From NCBI GenBank assembly GCA_041650595.1, contig JBAZKW010000003.1, positions 44,843-108,842 of the forward strand: 64,000 bases of DNA, in the 5' to 3' direction. Positions 54,698-64,000 of this stretch are shown one piece after another. This stretch comes from Candidatus Margulisiibacteriota bacterium (GTDB taxonomy: Bacteria > Margulisbacteria > WOR-1 > JAKLHX01). The first letter of the stretch is position 1. Each line of letters begins with the position of its first letter. The position numbers and the translations under genes were made by a program. Below the pieces are notes generated by a model. It was not told the origin of the DNA, ran no database searches, and was given only the letters and a program-made list of their open reading frames with translations.

Positions 54698-56734
54698 CTA
54701 CATCATGAACAGCATTTCGGCATAGACCGGGACCGGCCATATATCCTTGGGCACCATCTTCTCCAGCGCATCGACCGAGGTCCGGACCTTGCCCATCGCG
54801 TCAATAAGCTTATCAGCGCCGTGCGTCTTCTCCAGGACGGAAATGGCCTTGTAAAGGTTCTCGGTCTCGGAGCTTATCGCTTCAAGGCTGGCAGCGGCAC
54901 CTGTCATAGCGCTGCCGGCCACTGCCTTGATCGATCCCGCAAGCTCAGCCTGCGCCCTGACGGCGGATGGGATGAACATGGTCTTTGCCATGGTCAGCGT
55001 TACGCCGGCCTCGATCTCGATCATCTTGTCGTAGGTTTCGTTATATATCTCAAAACGTGAATGCAGCTCTTTTTCAGAAAGCACGCCGTATTTACTGAAG
55101 AGCTTCTTCGCCTTTTCCGTATTGAATGCCTTGAGAGCGTCCGGTGTTTTCTTGACGTTAGGCAGGCCGCGTTTTTCGGCTTCCTTCGCCCATTCTTCGG
55201 TATAATTGTCACCGTTATACAAGATACGTTTGTGCTTTTCAATGATGCCCGCAAGTATCTTTTGCAGCGATTCGTTGAAATTCCTGCCTGCTTTCACGTC
55301 GGCCTCCAGTTTTGTGCAGATCTCATCGAGCGCTTCCGCCACGATAGTGTTCAGCGCGACGTTAGACCCGGCACAGCTCTGATCAGAACCGACTGCCCGG
55401 AATTCGAATTTATTGCCTGTGAACGCGAACGGCGACGTGCGGTTGCGGTCCGTATTCCCTCTGGGCAGCGCCGGAAGGGTATCGACACCGAGGCTGATCT
55501 GCCCGCCGGTCTTGGAGCTCTTCGCCCCGCCTTTTTCGATCTGATCGATGATATCCGTGAGCTGATCGCCAAGGAAGACGGAGATGATCGCCGGAGGAGC
55601 CTCATTGGCGCCCAGACGGTGGTCATTGCCGGCAGTTGCAACCGTTGCACGCAGAATGTCGGCATGTGTATCGACCGCTTTCATCAGCGCGCAGATCATT
55701 GTCAGGAATAATGCGTTCGAATGAGGATTGTCCCCGGGAGAAAGCCAGTTCTTGCCGTCAGGACCGCAAAGGGACCAGTTATTATGCTTTCCCGAACCGT
55801 TGACGCCGGCAAAAGGCTTTTCGTGCAGCAGGCAGACTAAACCGTGCTTTTCCGCTGTTTTGCGCATCACTTCCATGGCGATCATATTGTGGTCAACAGA
55901 GAGATTTAATTCTTCATATATCGGCGCCATTTCGAACTGAGCCGGCGCTACCTCATTATGTCTGGTCTTTGACGGGACCCCCATCTTCCAAAGTTCGGCA
56001 TCCAGCTCCTGCATGAATAACCTCACTCTGGTCTTGATAGCTCCAAAATAGTGGTCTTCCATCTGCTGGTGTTTCGCCGGTTTGATCCCGAAAAGTGTAC
56101 GCCCGGTCTGCTGAAGGTCGAGACGCACATTGTAAAAAGCTCTGTCAATAAGGAAATATTCCTGCTCTGCGCCAAGCGTCGCATAAGCTTTCTGCTTTAT
56201 CGGGATGCCGAAAAGCTTGGCCATACGGTCGGCCTGCGTTCCGAGCGCCTTCATCGAACGGAGCAGCGGCGTCTTTTTGTCCAAAGCTTCGCCATGATAA
56301 CCTACGAAAACCGTAGGGATACAGAGGGTATCATCTTTAATGAATGCCGGGCTGCTGGGATCCCAGCCGGTATAGCCGCGGGCTTCAAAAGTGGCACGCA
56401 GTCCTCCTGACGGAAAACTGGAAGCATCCGGCTCACCCTGGGTCAGTTCAGCACCGGAAAATTTGCAGACTACGGACCCTTCCCCGTCAGGCACAATGAA
56501 AGAATCGTGTTTTTCCGCGGTCGATCCGGTCAGCGGCTGGAACCAATGCGTATAGTGAGTCGCACCCTTTGAAACAGCCCACTCTTTCATGGCTTCCGCC
56601 ACCTCATCCGCGATCCTCGCGTCAAGGCTCTTCCCCGTCTTTATCGTCGCCATAAGCGATTTATAGGTCACCTCGGACAGGCATTTCATGCTGAAAACGT
56701 TTTCACCAAATAATTCAGTAAGATTTTTCATCAT
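54698..56734 (-). CDS. glnN: Glutamine synthetase type III
   Basis: 678 aa with the GSIII N-terminus ([11 protein letters not shown]) and conserved GS catalytic blocks ([10 protein letters not shown]; [13 protein letters not shown]). Confidence 0.9.
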   Translation of the reverse strand: MMKNLTELFGENVFSMKCLSEVTYKSLMATIKTGKSLDARIADEVAEAMKEWAVSKGATHYTHWFQPLTGSTAEKHDSFIVPDGEGSVVCKFSGAELTQGEPDASSFPSGGLRATFEARGYTGWDPSSPAFIKDDTLCIPTVFVGYHGEALDKKTPLLRSMKALGTQADRMAKLFGIPIKQKAYATLGAEQEYFLIDRAFYNVRLDLQQTGRTLFGIKPAKHQQMEDHYFGAIKTRVRLFMQELDAELWKMGVPSKTRHNEVAPAQFEMAPIYEELNLSVDHNMIAMEVMRKTAEKHGLVCLLHEKPFAGVNGSGKHNNWSLCGPDGKNWLSPGDNPHSNALFLTMICALMKAVDTHADILRATVATAGNDHRLGANEAPPAIISVFLGDQLTDIIDQIEKGGAKSSKTGGQISLGVDTLPALPRGNTDRNRTSPFAFTGNKFEFRAVGSDQSCAGSNVALNTIVAEALDEICTKLEADVKAGRNFNESLQKILAGIIEKHKRILYNGDNYTEEWAKEAEKRGLPNVKKTPDALKAFNTEKAKKLFSKYGVLSEKELHSRFEIYNETYDKMIEIEAGVTLTMAKTMFIPSAVRAQAELAGSIKAVAGSAMTGAAASLEAISSETENLYKAISVLEKTHGADKLIDAMGKVRTSVDALEKMVPKDIWPVPVYAEMLFMM

Positions 56735-56758
56735 ATTTCTCCTTTCCTTAATTATATC

Positions 56759-57097
56759 TTACAGAGCTGCTTTGCCCCTCTCACCGGTCCTGACCCTCAC
56801 TACATCTTCAACTGCACTGATAAATATCTTGCCGTCGCCTACATTTCCGGTAGAACACACGCTCTGGATCACCGAGATCACATCTTCAACATTCTTGTCA
56901 TCCACAACAAGCTCTACCTTTGACTTGGGCATAAATTCTACCCTGTATTCGCCTACCCTCCATTCGAGCAGGACCCCTTTTTGTGTTCCCCTCCCTTTTA
57001 CTTCGGTAACGGTCATTTTGGACAGGCCTTTTACATCCAGCGCTTCTCTCAATTCTTCCAGTTTTTCCGGCCTGATAATTGCTTCAATTTTTTTCAT
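56759..57097 (-). CDS. Nitrogen regulatory protein P-II
   Basis: 112 aa: MKKIEAIIRPEKLEELREAL...TVTEVKGRGTQKG...DGKIFI. Confidence 0.9.
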   Translation of the reverse strand: MKKIEAIIRPEKLEELREALDVKGLSKMTVTEVKGRGTQKGVLLEWRVGEYRVEFMPKSKVELVVDDKNVEDVISVIQSVCSTGNVGDGKIFISAVEDVVRVRTGERGKAAL

Positions 57098-57114
57098 TAC
57101 ACCAACCCTCCTTT

Positions 57115-58329
57115 TTAAAATACGCTTTCAGCATGCTGGGAAATATCGAGGCCTACTATCTCTTCATTTTCCGAGACCCGAAGGCCCATGATCAGGTCTA
57201 CGGCCTTTGCTATTATTAGTGTTGAGACAAAAGCAAAAACTGCCGTGACCGCAACAGCCGTCAATTGTGTGAGCACGAGGCTTGGATTACCAAAAAGCAG
57301 TCCGTCAGCACCGGATGGGTTTATCATCTTGCTGGCAAATATACCGGTTGCTATGGCTCCCCATGCGCCCCCCATTCCGTGACAGGCAAAAGCATCAAGT
57401 GATTCATCGATCCTGAGCTTCATGCGCAGGACGATCATATAATATGAAATGACCGATGCAACTGCCCCTATCGCGATTGCAGAAAGTGGATCTACAAATC
57501 CCGAAGCGGGGGTTATCGCGACAAGCCCGACCACTGCCCCTGTGGCTACGCCAAGCACGCTCGGCCTGCGGTGTATCCAGGAAAGCACCATCCACATGAG
57601 AGCGGCGGCTGCCGCGGCAGTATTTGTCACCACGAAAGCGGAAACGGCCAGCCCGTTGGCGGCAAGAGCGCTTCCGCCGTTAAAGCCGAACCATCCGAAC
57701 CAAAGTAAAACGGCTCCCAGCACAACAAGAGGTATGTTGCTGGGCTCCATATTATCTTTTCCGTAACCTTTTCTTTTGCCTATTATCAGTGCAATTGCCA
57801 GCGCGGAAAAACCGGCTGTAACATGGACCACGGTACCACCTGCAAAATCAAGTGCTCCCATAGCGCGCAGCCATCCTCCTACACCCCAGACCCAATGAGC
57901 TACAGGACAATATACTATGGTCGACCAGATAACGGAAAATAACAAAAATGAAGAGAACTTTATTCTTTCCACAAAGGCTCCGACTATCAGAGAAGGAGTC
58001 ACAATCGCAAAGGCCGCCTGGAATATCATAAATGCGAGTGCAGGGATTGTCGCGGCATAGGCTGCATCGGGTGCCTGGCCTATACCAATGAGTCCAACCC
58101 AATTAAGGCCTCCGATGAGCCCTGCTTTTGAAGGACCAAAAGCAAGTGAATAACCAAAAAGCACCCACTGAATACTTATCACAAAAAGTGTGGCAAAGCA
58201 CATCATTATGGTGGACAAAATACTCTTTTTCCTTACCATCCCACCGTAGAAAAAACCAACCGCCGGGGTCATCAGTATGACCAGCGCCGTTGATATAAGA
58301 ACCCAGGCTGTGTCTCCACTGTTAATCAT
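57115..58329 (-). CDS. amt: Ammonium transporter (Amt family)
   Basis: 11-TM Amt blocks ([13 protein letters not shown]; [10 protein letters not shown]; [15 protein letters not shown]). Confidence 0.9.
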   Translation of the reverse strand: MINSGDTAWVLISTALVILMTPAVGFFYGGMVRKKSILSTIMMCFATLFVISIQWVLFGYSLAFGPSKAGLIGGLNWVGLIGIGQAPDAAYAATIPALAFMIFQAAFAIVTPSLIVGAFVERIKFSSFLLFSVIWSTIVYCPVAHWVWGVGGWLRAMGALDFAGGTVVHVTAGFSALAIALIIGKRKGYGKDNMEPSNIPLVVLGAVLLWFGWFGFNGGSALAANGLAVSAFVVTNTAAAAAALMWMVLSWIHRRPSVLGVATGAVVGLVAITPASGFVDPLSAIAIGAVASVISYYMIVLRMKLRIDESLDAFACHGMGGAWGAIATGIFASKMINPSGADGLLFGNPSLVLTQLTAVAVTAVFAFVSTLIIAKAVDLIMGLRVSENEEIVGLDISQHAESVF

Positions 58330-58362
58330 ATATTATCCCCCCTCTGATTATCTTCTTATTCA

Positions 58363-58377
58363 GCAATATTCCAGCCA
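58363..58377 (-). promoter_or_regulatory. Sigma-54 promoter (TGGCTG-N5-TTGCT) of the amt-PII-glnN operon
   Basis: The minus strand reads TGGCTGGAATATTGC. GG and GC are separated by exactly 10 nt, about 35 nt upstream of the amt ATG, whose SD is GAGGGGGG. Confidence 0.65.
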
Positions 58378-58433
58378 CTGACTGTTTTTATCTAAATTCA
58401 GCCATATTTTGCATTCATTTAAGCAAAAATGTC

Positions 58434-58475
58434 ACATTTATGTATGATTTATCTAAATAAACCTACATTTATGTA
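58434..58475. promoter_or_regulatory. Two ACATTTATGTA dyads (candidate activator binding sites)
   Basis: Copies at 58434-58444 and 58465-58475 are spaced 31 nt apart, 60-100 nt upstream of the sigma-54 promoter. Confidence 0.5.
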
Positions 58476-58478
58476 AGT

Positions 58479-58820
58479 TTATCCTATCGCACTACTTCCA
58501 GATTCCCCGGTTCTTATCCGTATGCATTCTTCAAGAGGCAAAACGAATATTTTGCCGTCTCCTATGTTACCGGTGCGCGCACCTTCCACAATAGCTTTTA
58601 TCGTGGCCTTGACAAAATTGTCGTTCACGGCAATATCCAATCTGACTTTCTTTAAAAGATTGACTTCGTGCAAAACGCCCCTGTAAGACTCGCTGTACCC
58701 TTTTTGTTGCCCGCATCCAAGGGAATTCGTTACCGACATCTTGAATATATCCAGATCAAACAGCGCTTTCTTAACGTCCGGCAGCTTTTCCGGTTGTATG
58801 AAAGCAATTATTAGTTTCAT
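58479..58820 (-). CDS. Nitrogen regulatory protein P-II (second copy)
   Basis: 113 aa: [20 protein letters not shown]...GDGKIFVLP. Confidence 0.9.
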   Translation of the reverse strand: MKLIIAFIQPEKLPDVKKALFDLDIFKMSVTNSLGCGQQKGYSESYRGVLHEVNLLKKVRLDIAVNDNFVKATIKAIVEGARTGNIGDGKIFVLPLEECIRIRTGESGSSAIG

Positions 58821-58846
58821 GGATCCATCCCTCCTTTTTTCCGTAT

Positions 58847-60145
58847 TTATTGAGCGGTGAATATCTGGAAGCCCGAATATGCTTCCATTCCATGCTCTCC
58901 GATATCCAACCCCTTTATTTCTTCGTCCCTGGATACCCTAAGGCCGATCACAGCCTTAATGGCAAGCCATATCCCCAGAGCCAGTAAGAAAGTGAAACCC
59001 CCAACCGTAACAACACCGGTCAATTGAGACATCAAAAGTTTTGTGCCCCCGCCGAAGAAAAGTCCGTTGCCGGTAGTCCCGGGCATGAACATGTCTTGAG
59101 CGAACAAACCAACGGCAATAGTACCAAAAACCCCGTTGACAAGGTGCACGGACAGAGCGCCGACAGGATCGTCTATTCTAATACGGTCAAACATCATGAC
59201 CGCAAGAACAACGAAAATACCCGCCAAAGCGCCTATTATGATGGAACTCACCGGAGATATATAAGCACACGGAGCCGTCACTGCGACCAATCCGGCAAGG
59301 CATCCGTTTATAGTCATGCCAAGATCGGGCTTCTTGCTCAAAAGCCAAGAGGTTATAGTAGACGTGAGGATCCCTGCGGCAGCAGCCATATTTGTTGTAA
59401 TGACTATCCTTGAGATAGCATTTACATCCGCAGCCATGGTAGACCCGGGGTTAAATCCGAACCATCCAAGCCAAAGGACAAAAGCACCTATGGTAGCCAG
59501 CCCCATGTTATGTCCGGGGATAGCATTTGGAGACCCGTCCTCTTTGAACTTTCCTATCCTAGAGCCAAGTACAAGTGCTCCTGCAAGGGCCGCCCATCCG
59601 CCTACTGAATGGACTACAGTTGAACCCGCAAAATCCCAAAAACCAGAAGTAGCAAGCCAGCCTCCGCCCCATATCCAGTGCCCTACTATAGGATATATTA
59701 TGCCGACCATAAGGAACGAGAAAACTATGAACGAACTGTATTTTATCCTTTCTGCCACAGCCCCTGAAACTATGGTCGCGGCCGTACCGGCAAACACAAG
59801 CTGAAAAAAGAACTTCGCCAAAAGCGGGACCGTAGCCCATGATATTGCGGAGTAAGCCCCTTGGTATGCGGCTCCGGCAGCCGGGCTGTTATCAGCTCCG
59901 GAAAGCATAAAAAGTCCCTGAAGCCCTACCAGAGGGTTGCCATTACCGAACATCAGCCCCCATCCAAAAACAAAGAAAGCCAAAGAAGAGACGGCGAACA
60001 CAATAAAGTTCTTAGAAAGTATGTTCACGGCGTTCTTGGCCCTGGTAAATCCGGTTTCAACAGTAGCAAACCCTAGGTTCATAAAAAAAACCAGCATAGC
60101 CGTTATCAACACCCACATGGTGTCGACAGCAATCTTCATGTCCAT
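58847..60145 (-). CDS. amt: Ammonium transporter (Amt family, second copy)
   Basis: [23 protein letters not shown] and [16 protein letters not shown]. Confidence 0.9.
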   Translation of the reverse strand: MDMKIAVDTMWVLITAMLVFFMNLGFATVETGFTRAKNAVNILSKNFIVFAVSSLAFFVFGWGLMFGNGNPLVGLQGLFMLSGADNSPAAGAAYQGAYSAISWATVPLLAKFFFQLVFAGTAATIVSGAVAERIKYSSFIVFSFLMVGIIYPIVGHWIWGGGWLATSGFWDFAGSTVVHSVGGWAALAGALVLGSRIGKFKEDGSPNAIPGHNMGLATIGAFVLWLGWFGFNPGSTMAADVNAISRIVITTNMAAAAGILTSTITSWLLSKKPDLGMTINGCLAGLVAVTAPCAYISPVSSIIIGALAGIFVVLAVMMFDRIRIDDPVGALSVHLVNGVFGTIAVGLFAQDMFMPGTTGNGLFFGGGTKLLMSQLTGVVTVGGFTFLLALGIWLAIKAVIGLRVSRDEEIKGLDIGEHGMEAYSGFQIFTAQ

Positions 60146-60162
60146 CTTAAGACCCCCCTTTC

Positions 60163-60846
60163 TTATATGTTTATATCGACCTGGGTCGTGATCGTCGGTT
60201 TTGCCCCGTTATTATACGTGCCGTATCCGAGGATAACCGATGTGTTCGGAGCAAAGGAATAAGACAGGCCATAGAACAATGCCCCCAATGCGGAATTAGA
60301 GCTCGAATAATCAACGCAGGCCCATATCTTATCCGTCAAATACTTGTCCCATGTTAGGATAACTCCGGCATTATCAGGGTTCCCTGACGGGTCCTTCAAA
60401 ACAGAGGAATTGCCCGAAAAATAACCGGCGGTCAACCTGCCGACAGGAAACGTCTTCGCGGCAACGGCATAAAGAACGTTCTGGTCGGTAACGCCTTTTT
60501 CAGTACCGAAACCGAATCCCCCGACCGCAAAAGCCGGTAAATTCCCGCTCTCGGAGATCCCGTATTTGGCATTGAACACAAAAGGACTGGATTGCGGCAG
60601 GAACACATCGGCTCCCACTTCAAGACCCGGAAGAAGACCATAAGTCAAACCTGTATCCGTAGGGAACGCATATCCGCCGTCCGCGGGCCCCTGAGAAGTG
60701 AAATAATTGTCTATCCCCAGATGCCACACTCCGGTAGGCTGAATATCGGTAGACGGGTTCCATATCTGTGTCGAAGGGGTGGCCATGGCCCCTCCTCCCG
60801 CGGCAAGGATCATCGCGATCACAAAAAACAGCTTCTTTATGTCCAC
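60163..60846 (-). CDS. Secreted, probably outer-membrane beta-barrel protein, first gene of the second amt operon
   Basis: Signal peptide ([22 protein letters not shown]), then alternating aromatic and glycine-rich beta-strand pattern. No family was recognised. Confidence 0.5.
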   Translation of the reverse strand: MDIKKLFFVIAMILAAGGGAMATPSTQIWNPSTDIQPTGVWHLGIDNYFTSQGPADGGYAFPTDTGLTYGLLPGLEVGADVFLPQSSPFVFNAKYGISESGNLPAFAVGGFGFGTEKGVTDQNVLYAVAAKTFPVGRLTAGYFSGNSSVLKDPSGNPDNAGVILTWDKYLTDKIWACVDYSSSNSALGALFYGLSYSFAPNTSVILGYGTYNNGAKPTITTQVDINI

Positions 60847-60887
60847 ATGTTTTCTCCTTTCTTTTTGTTTTCGTCAAACCCATTACA

Positions 60888-60901
60888 GCAATTGTTATGC
60901 C
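60888..60901 (-). promoter_or_regulatory. Sigma-54 promoter (CGGCAT-N5-TTGCT)
   Basis: The minus strand reads GGCATAACAATTGC. GG and GC are separated by exactly 10 nt, about 40 nt upstream of the ATG, whose SD is AAAGGAG. Confidence 0.65.
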
Positions 60902-60967
60902 GCACGAAAAAATGGATATTTAAGAGGAAAAAAGCGGTGCGCCAAAGTGGTTCAAGATATAAATCAT

Positions 60968-61009
60968 ACAAATATGAAGGGTGGCATCAGTACATATTAC
61001 AAATATGTA
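60968..61009. promoter_or_regulatory. Two ACAAATATG(T/A)A sites (candidate activator binding sites)
   Basis: Copies at 60968 and 60999 are spaced 31 nt apart. The second is part of the dyad TACATATTACAAATATGTA. They lie 70-110 nt upstream of the sigma-54 promoter. Confidence 0.45.
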
Positions 61010-61012
61010 GGA

Positions 61013-62563
61013 TTAAAATTTAAACTTTTTGTGGTCGATCCCGTATTGCAAAACCTTATAACCGAGTATGCGTTCGGTGGTCTTTAGCATGATGGCGGCT
61101 TTTGTCTTATTGCCTTTGGTGCTCTTGAGCGCGTCTATGACCAGGTCTTTTTCAAAATTCTCGACAAGCGCGTCCAAAGAGTCCCCTATCTGGGTCTTGG
61201 ATGATTGCGGCGTCTGGAGGGTCGGCGGCAGATGGTGCGCAAAGATCACTTCCCCCTCACACATCAGAACGGACCGCTCAATAGTGTTTTCCAGTTCTCT
61301 TACATTGCCCGGCCAGTGATAGCTCATAAGAGCGTCGATCGCGGGAGTCGAGATCCTTTTTATGACCTTATGGTTCGCAGCCGAATACTTCGCCAGAAAA
61401 TGTTCCGCAATAAGAAGGACGTCGTCTTTTCTTTCCCGAAGAGGAGGCAGATATATCGGAAAAACGTTCAACCTGTAATAAAGGTCCTCCCTGAACCTTC
61501 CCTTTTTCACGAACTCTTCGAGATTTGTGCTGGTGGCGGCGATCAGCCTTACGTTGGATTTTATCGTTTCTGTACCGCCAAGTCTTTCAAACTCCCTCTC
61601 CTGTATCACGCGAAGAAGCTTTACCTGTGTAGCCGGGCTAAGGTCCCCGATCTCATCCAGAAATAATGTGCCGCCCTCTGCCATCTCAAACCTGCCGAGT
61701 TTTCTTTCGAAAGCTCCGGTAAAAGCTCCTCTTTCGTATCCGAAAAGTTCGGATTCTACCAGGTTTTCCGGAAGTGCCGCCATGTTAACTTTTACAAAGG
61801 GCCGTTTCGTTCTCAAACTATTGTAGTGTATGGCGTGAGCGATAAGTTCTTTACCGGTACCGGACTCTCCTCTTATCAGGACTGTGGCATCGCTCTTTGC
61901 CACCCGGGCTATCATCTCATAGACCTCTTTCATCCGGTTACTTTTCCCAACAATGTTCTTAAAACTGTATTTTTCCGTAAGCTCCTGGCGAAGCGTCTTA
62001 TTTTCCTCAATCAGCTGGTTTTTTTCTGCTTGAATGAGCTGCTGCATTTTTACCGTCTGCCCTATTATTGAAGCGGCAATAGAAAGGAACCGGACATCCT
62101 CTTCAAGCGGTATCTGAGGATCAAATACCTTGTCGGCAGACAATGCGCCTATGATCTCCTTACCGATCTTTATAGGTACACAGATAAAAGAAATATCCTT
62201 TTTGTCCAGGTCTTTCCTGGACCTGGTCTTATTAAGGAACAGAGGATCCTCCCCGATCTTGGGCACCACCGCGGCACTGCCGCTTTGAACTACCCTGCCG
62301 GTTATGCCCTCGCCTATCTTATATTTTCCGCGCTTTTTTTCCGCTTCCGTGAGCCCATATGCAGCCTCTATCAAGAGCTCTCCCGTCCCCGGGTTAAGCA
62401 GGGTTATAGTGCATCTTTTCATGCCGAGCAGATCGTCAAGTTTTTCAAGAACGCCGTATATGGACTTTTCTATATCCAGCGACATGCTCAGTGTCTGGCT
62501 TATTTCATAAAGCGCGGTGAGTTCTTTAATTTTTCTTTTTAGAAGAAGGTTCTTTTCTGTCAA
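61013..62563 (-). CDS. GAF-domain sigma-54-dependent transcriptional activator (NifA/NtrC-like)
   Basis: N-terminal GAF domain, AAA+ domain with GESGTGKE, GAFTGA and GGTLFLDEIG, and a C-terminal Fis-type HTH. Confidence 0.9.
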   Translation of the reverse strand: MTEKNLLLKRKIKELTALYEISQTLSMSLDIEKSIYGVLEKLDDLLGMKRCTITLLNPGTGELLIEAAYGLTEAEKKRGKYKIGEGITGRVVQSGSAAVVPKIGEDPLFLNKTRSRKDLDKKDISFICVPIKIGKEIIGALSADKVFDPQIPLEEDVRFLSIAASIIGQTVKMQQLIQAEKNQLIEENKTLRQELTEKYSFKNIVGKSNRMKEVYEMIARVAKSDATVLIRGESGTGKELIAHAIHYNSLRTKRPFVKVNMAALPENLVESELFGYERGAFTGAFERKLGRFEMAEGGTLFLDEIGDLSPATQVKLLRVIQEREFERLGGTETIKSNVRLIAATSTNLEEFVKKGRFREDLYYRLNVFPIYLPPLRERKDDVLLIAEHFLAKYSAANHKVIKRISTPAIDALMSYHWPGNVRELENTIERSVLMCEGEVIFAHHLPPTLQTPQSSKTQIGDSLDALVENFEKDLVIDALKSTKGNKTKAAIMLKTTERILGYKVLQYGIDHKKFKF

Positions 62564-62660
62564 AACATTATACCTAAGTTCTATTTTATACCCGATTTAT
62601 GTAGGATTCAATATGCATTCATACATTTTTGTATCTTTTTTCATATGCTATAATACTGCC

Positions 62661-64000
62661 ATGAACCTTCTTGAGGCCAGCACCGGGATCAAAGGTCTTG
62701 ACGATGTAGTGAACAAACTGCGCATCGGAGATAATGTCGTATGGCAGGTGGATGATCTGGCCTCTTACAAATATCTATCCAAAAGTTTTGTGGAAAATGC
62801 TTTAAAAGAAAAACACCGCGTTGTTTACCTGAGATTCGCTTCGCACGAGCCGGTGCTTAAAGACACAACAGGAATAAAGACTTATGTGCTTGACGCTGAA
62901 AGCGGTTTTGAATCTTTCTCAAAACAGGTGCATGAGATAGCGACAAAAGAAGGCGAAGGAGTATACTACGTTTTCGATTGTCTTTCGGACCTGCTATCCG
63001 CCTGGGCAAGCGACCTTATGATAGGAAACTTTTTTCTAATAACCTGCCCGTACCTGTTCGAATTAAATACTATAGCTTATTTTGCCATATTCCGGAACAA
63101 ACACTCTTACCGGACGATCGCCAGGATAAGAGAGACTACCCAGCTGCTCCTTGATGTATATAATATAAAGTCAAAACTCTACATACACCCCCTGAAGGTC
63201 TGGAACAGATACTCTCCGACTATGTTCCTTCCGCATTTACAGCAAAAAGACCGGTTTATCCCGATAACCAACAGTTTTGACGCTGCAAAACTTTTTTCTT
63301 CCGCCGCCCATACAAGGTTCGAGGATGCGGAAAGAGCCCTTGACTATTGGGACCGGCTTTTCCTGGATACCGAACAATACAAAGGAATGAAAGATTCAAA
63401 GGAAAAGCGAATAGCCACCGATATGCTCTCAAAGATATTGGTGGGCAAAGACCAGAAAATGCTGGGCTTTGCAAAACAATTCATCTCCCTTGAAGACCTT
63501 CTTGAGATCAAATCCCGTCTTATAGGCACGGGAATGATCGGAGGGAAAGCCGTCGGCATGCTTTTGTCCAGAAAGATACTTATCCAAGACTCTTCTTTTG
63601 ACTGGAAAGCCGAACTTGAGCCGCACGATTCCTTTTACATAGGCGCTGACGTGTTCTACGCATACATAGTACAAAACGGCTGGTGGCGCACATTTATGGA
63701 ACAAAAAACAAAAGAAGGGTATTTTGACGCGGCAAAAGAGCTCAGAGAAAAAATGCTTTCGGGAAAATTCCCCATGGAAATAAAGGAACAGTTCCAGCAG
63801 ATGCTCGAGTATTTCGGACAATCTCCGGTAATCGTCCGGTCTTCCAGCCTGCTGGAGGACGGTTTCGGCAATGTGTTCGCGGGAAAATATGAAAGTATTT
63901 TTTGCGTGAATCAGGGATCTCCGGAACAAAGATACAAGAACTTTGAAGAAGCCGTAAGACAGGTATTTGCAAGCACCATGAGCGAAGAGGCTCTGTCTTA
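62661..64000 (+). CDS. PEP/pyruvate-binding (pyruvate phosphate dikinase N-terminal type) domain protein, 3' end outside window
   Basis: Not in the ORF track because it is open to the window end. My translation gives MNLLEASTGIKGLDDVV...GGKAVGML...PVIVRSSSLLEDGFGNVFAGKYESIF. TATAAT ends 6 nt before the ATG. Confidence 0.8.
   Translation, partial: MNLLEASTGIKGLDDVVNKLRIGDNVVWQVDDLASYKYLSKSFVENALKEKHRVVYLRFASHEPVLKDTTGIKTYVLDAESGFESFSKQVHEIATKEGEGVYYVFDCLSDLLSAWASDLMIGNFFLITCPYLFELNTIAYFAIFRNKHSYRTIARIRETTQLLLDVYNIKSKLYIHPLKVWNRYSPTMFLPHLQQKDRFIPITNSFDAAKLFSSAAHTRFEDAERALDYWDRLFLDTEQYKGMKDSKEKRIATDMLSKILVGKDQKMLGFAKQFISLEDLLEIKSRLIGTGMIGGKAVGMLLSRKILIQDSSFDWKAELEPHDSFYIGADVFYAYIVQNGWWRTFMEQKTKEGYFDAAKELREKMLSGKFPMEIKEQFQQMLEYFGQSPVIVRSSSLLEDGFGNVFAGKYESIFCVNQGSPEQRYKNFEEAVRQVFASTMSEEALS

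Overview
The window comes from a flagellated, Gram-negative-type bacterium with moderate GC, probably an uncultured lineage. All calls come from reading the sequence and ORF translations by eye. No searches or computations were run.

Gene content, left to right:
- Flagellar block (1-7585): the 3' part of a flagellar type III export operon (fliM' fliN fliO fliP fliQ fliR flhB flhA), then two tiny coupled ORFs and a short sigma-28-like factor.
- tRNA cluster (7661-8018): Gly-CCC, Val-GAC and Cys-GCA, embedded in decayed tRNA fragments. A roughly 4-kb islet follows, bounded by tRNA-Val copies.
- Housekeeping genes: rluE-like, pyrK, pyrD, hom, prs, miaB, dnaJ-like, trpB, leuS, gdhA and a radical-SAM pair.
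- Regulators: rpoN plus two NtrC-type response regulators.
- Envelope genes: an O-antigen-ligase/TPR protein and a prepilin peptidase.
- Carbohydrate genes: GH4, GH57-like, GH16, GH77-like, GT2 and LacI.
- Nitrogen block: glnN, two amt-PII pairs and a GAF/sigma-54 activator, with recognisable sigma-54 promoters.

Most unusual observations:
1. Two cassettes place a small GIY-YIG nuclease gene between a displaced 5' tRNA half and an intact copy of the same tRNA. One is at initiator tRNA-fMet, the other at tRNA-Leu(UAA). In both, the displaced half carries an identical 20-nt palindrome in its D-loop.
2. Several families of REP-like palindromes are present, many with GTAG...CTAC ends. They sit in intergenic DNA and also in frame inside leuS, miaB, a radical-SAM gene, a tRNA-binding protein gene and a NUDIX gene.
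3. A pair of small paralogous proteins sits next to the sigma-28-like factor and inside the rpoN/activator cluster.
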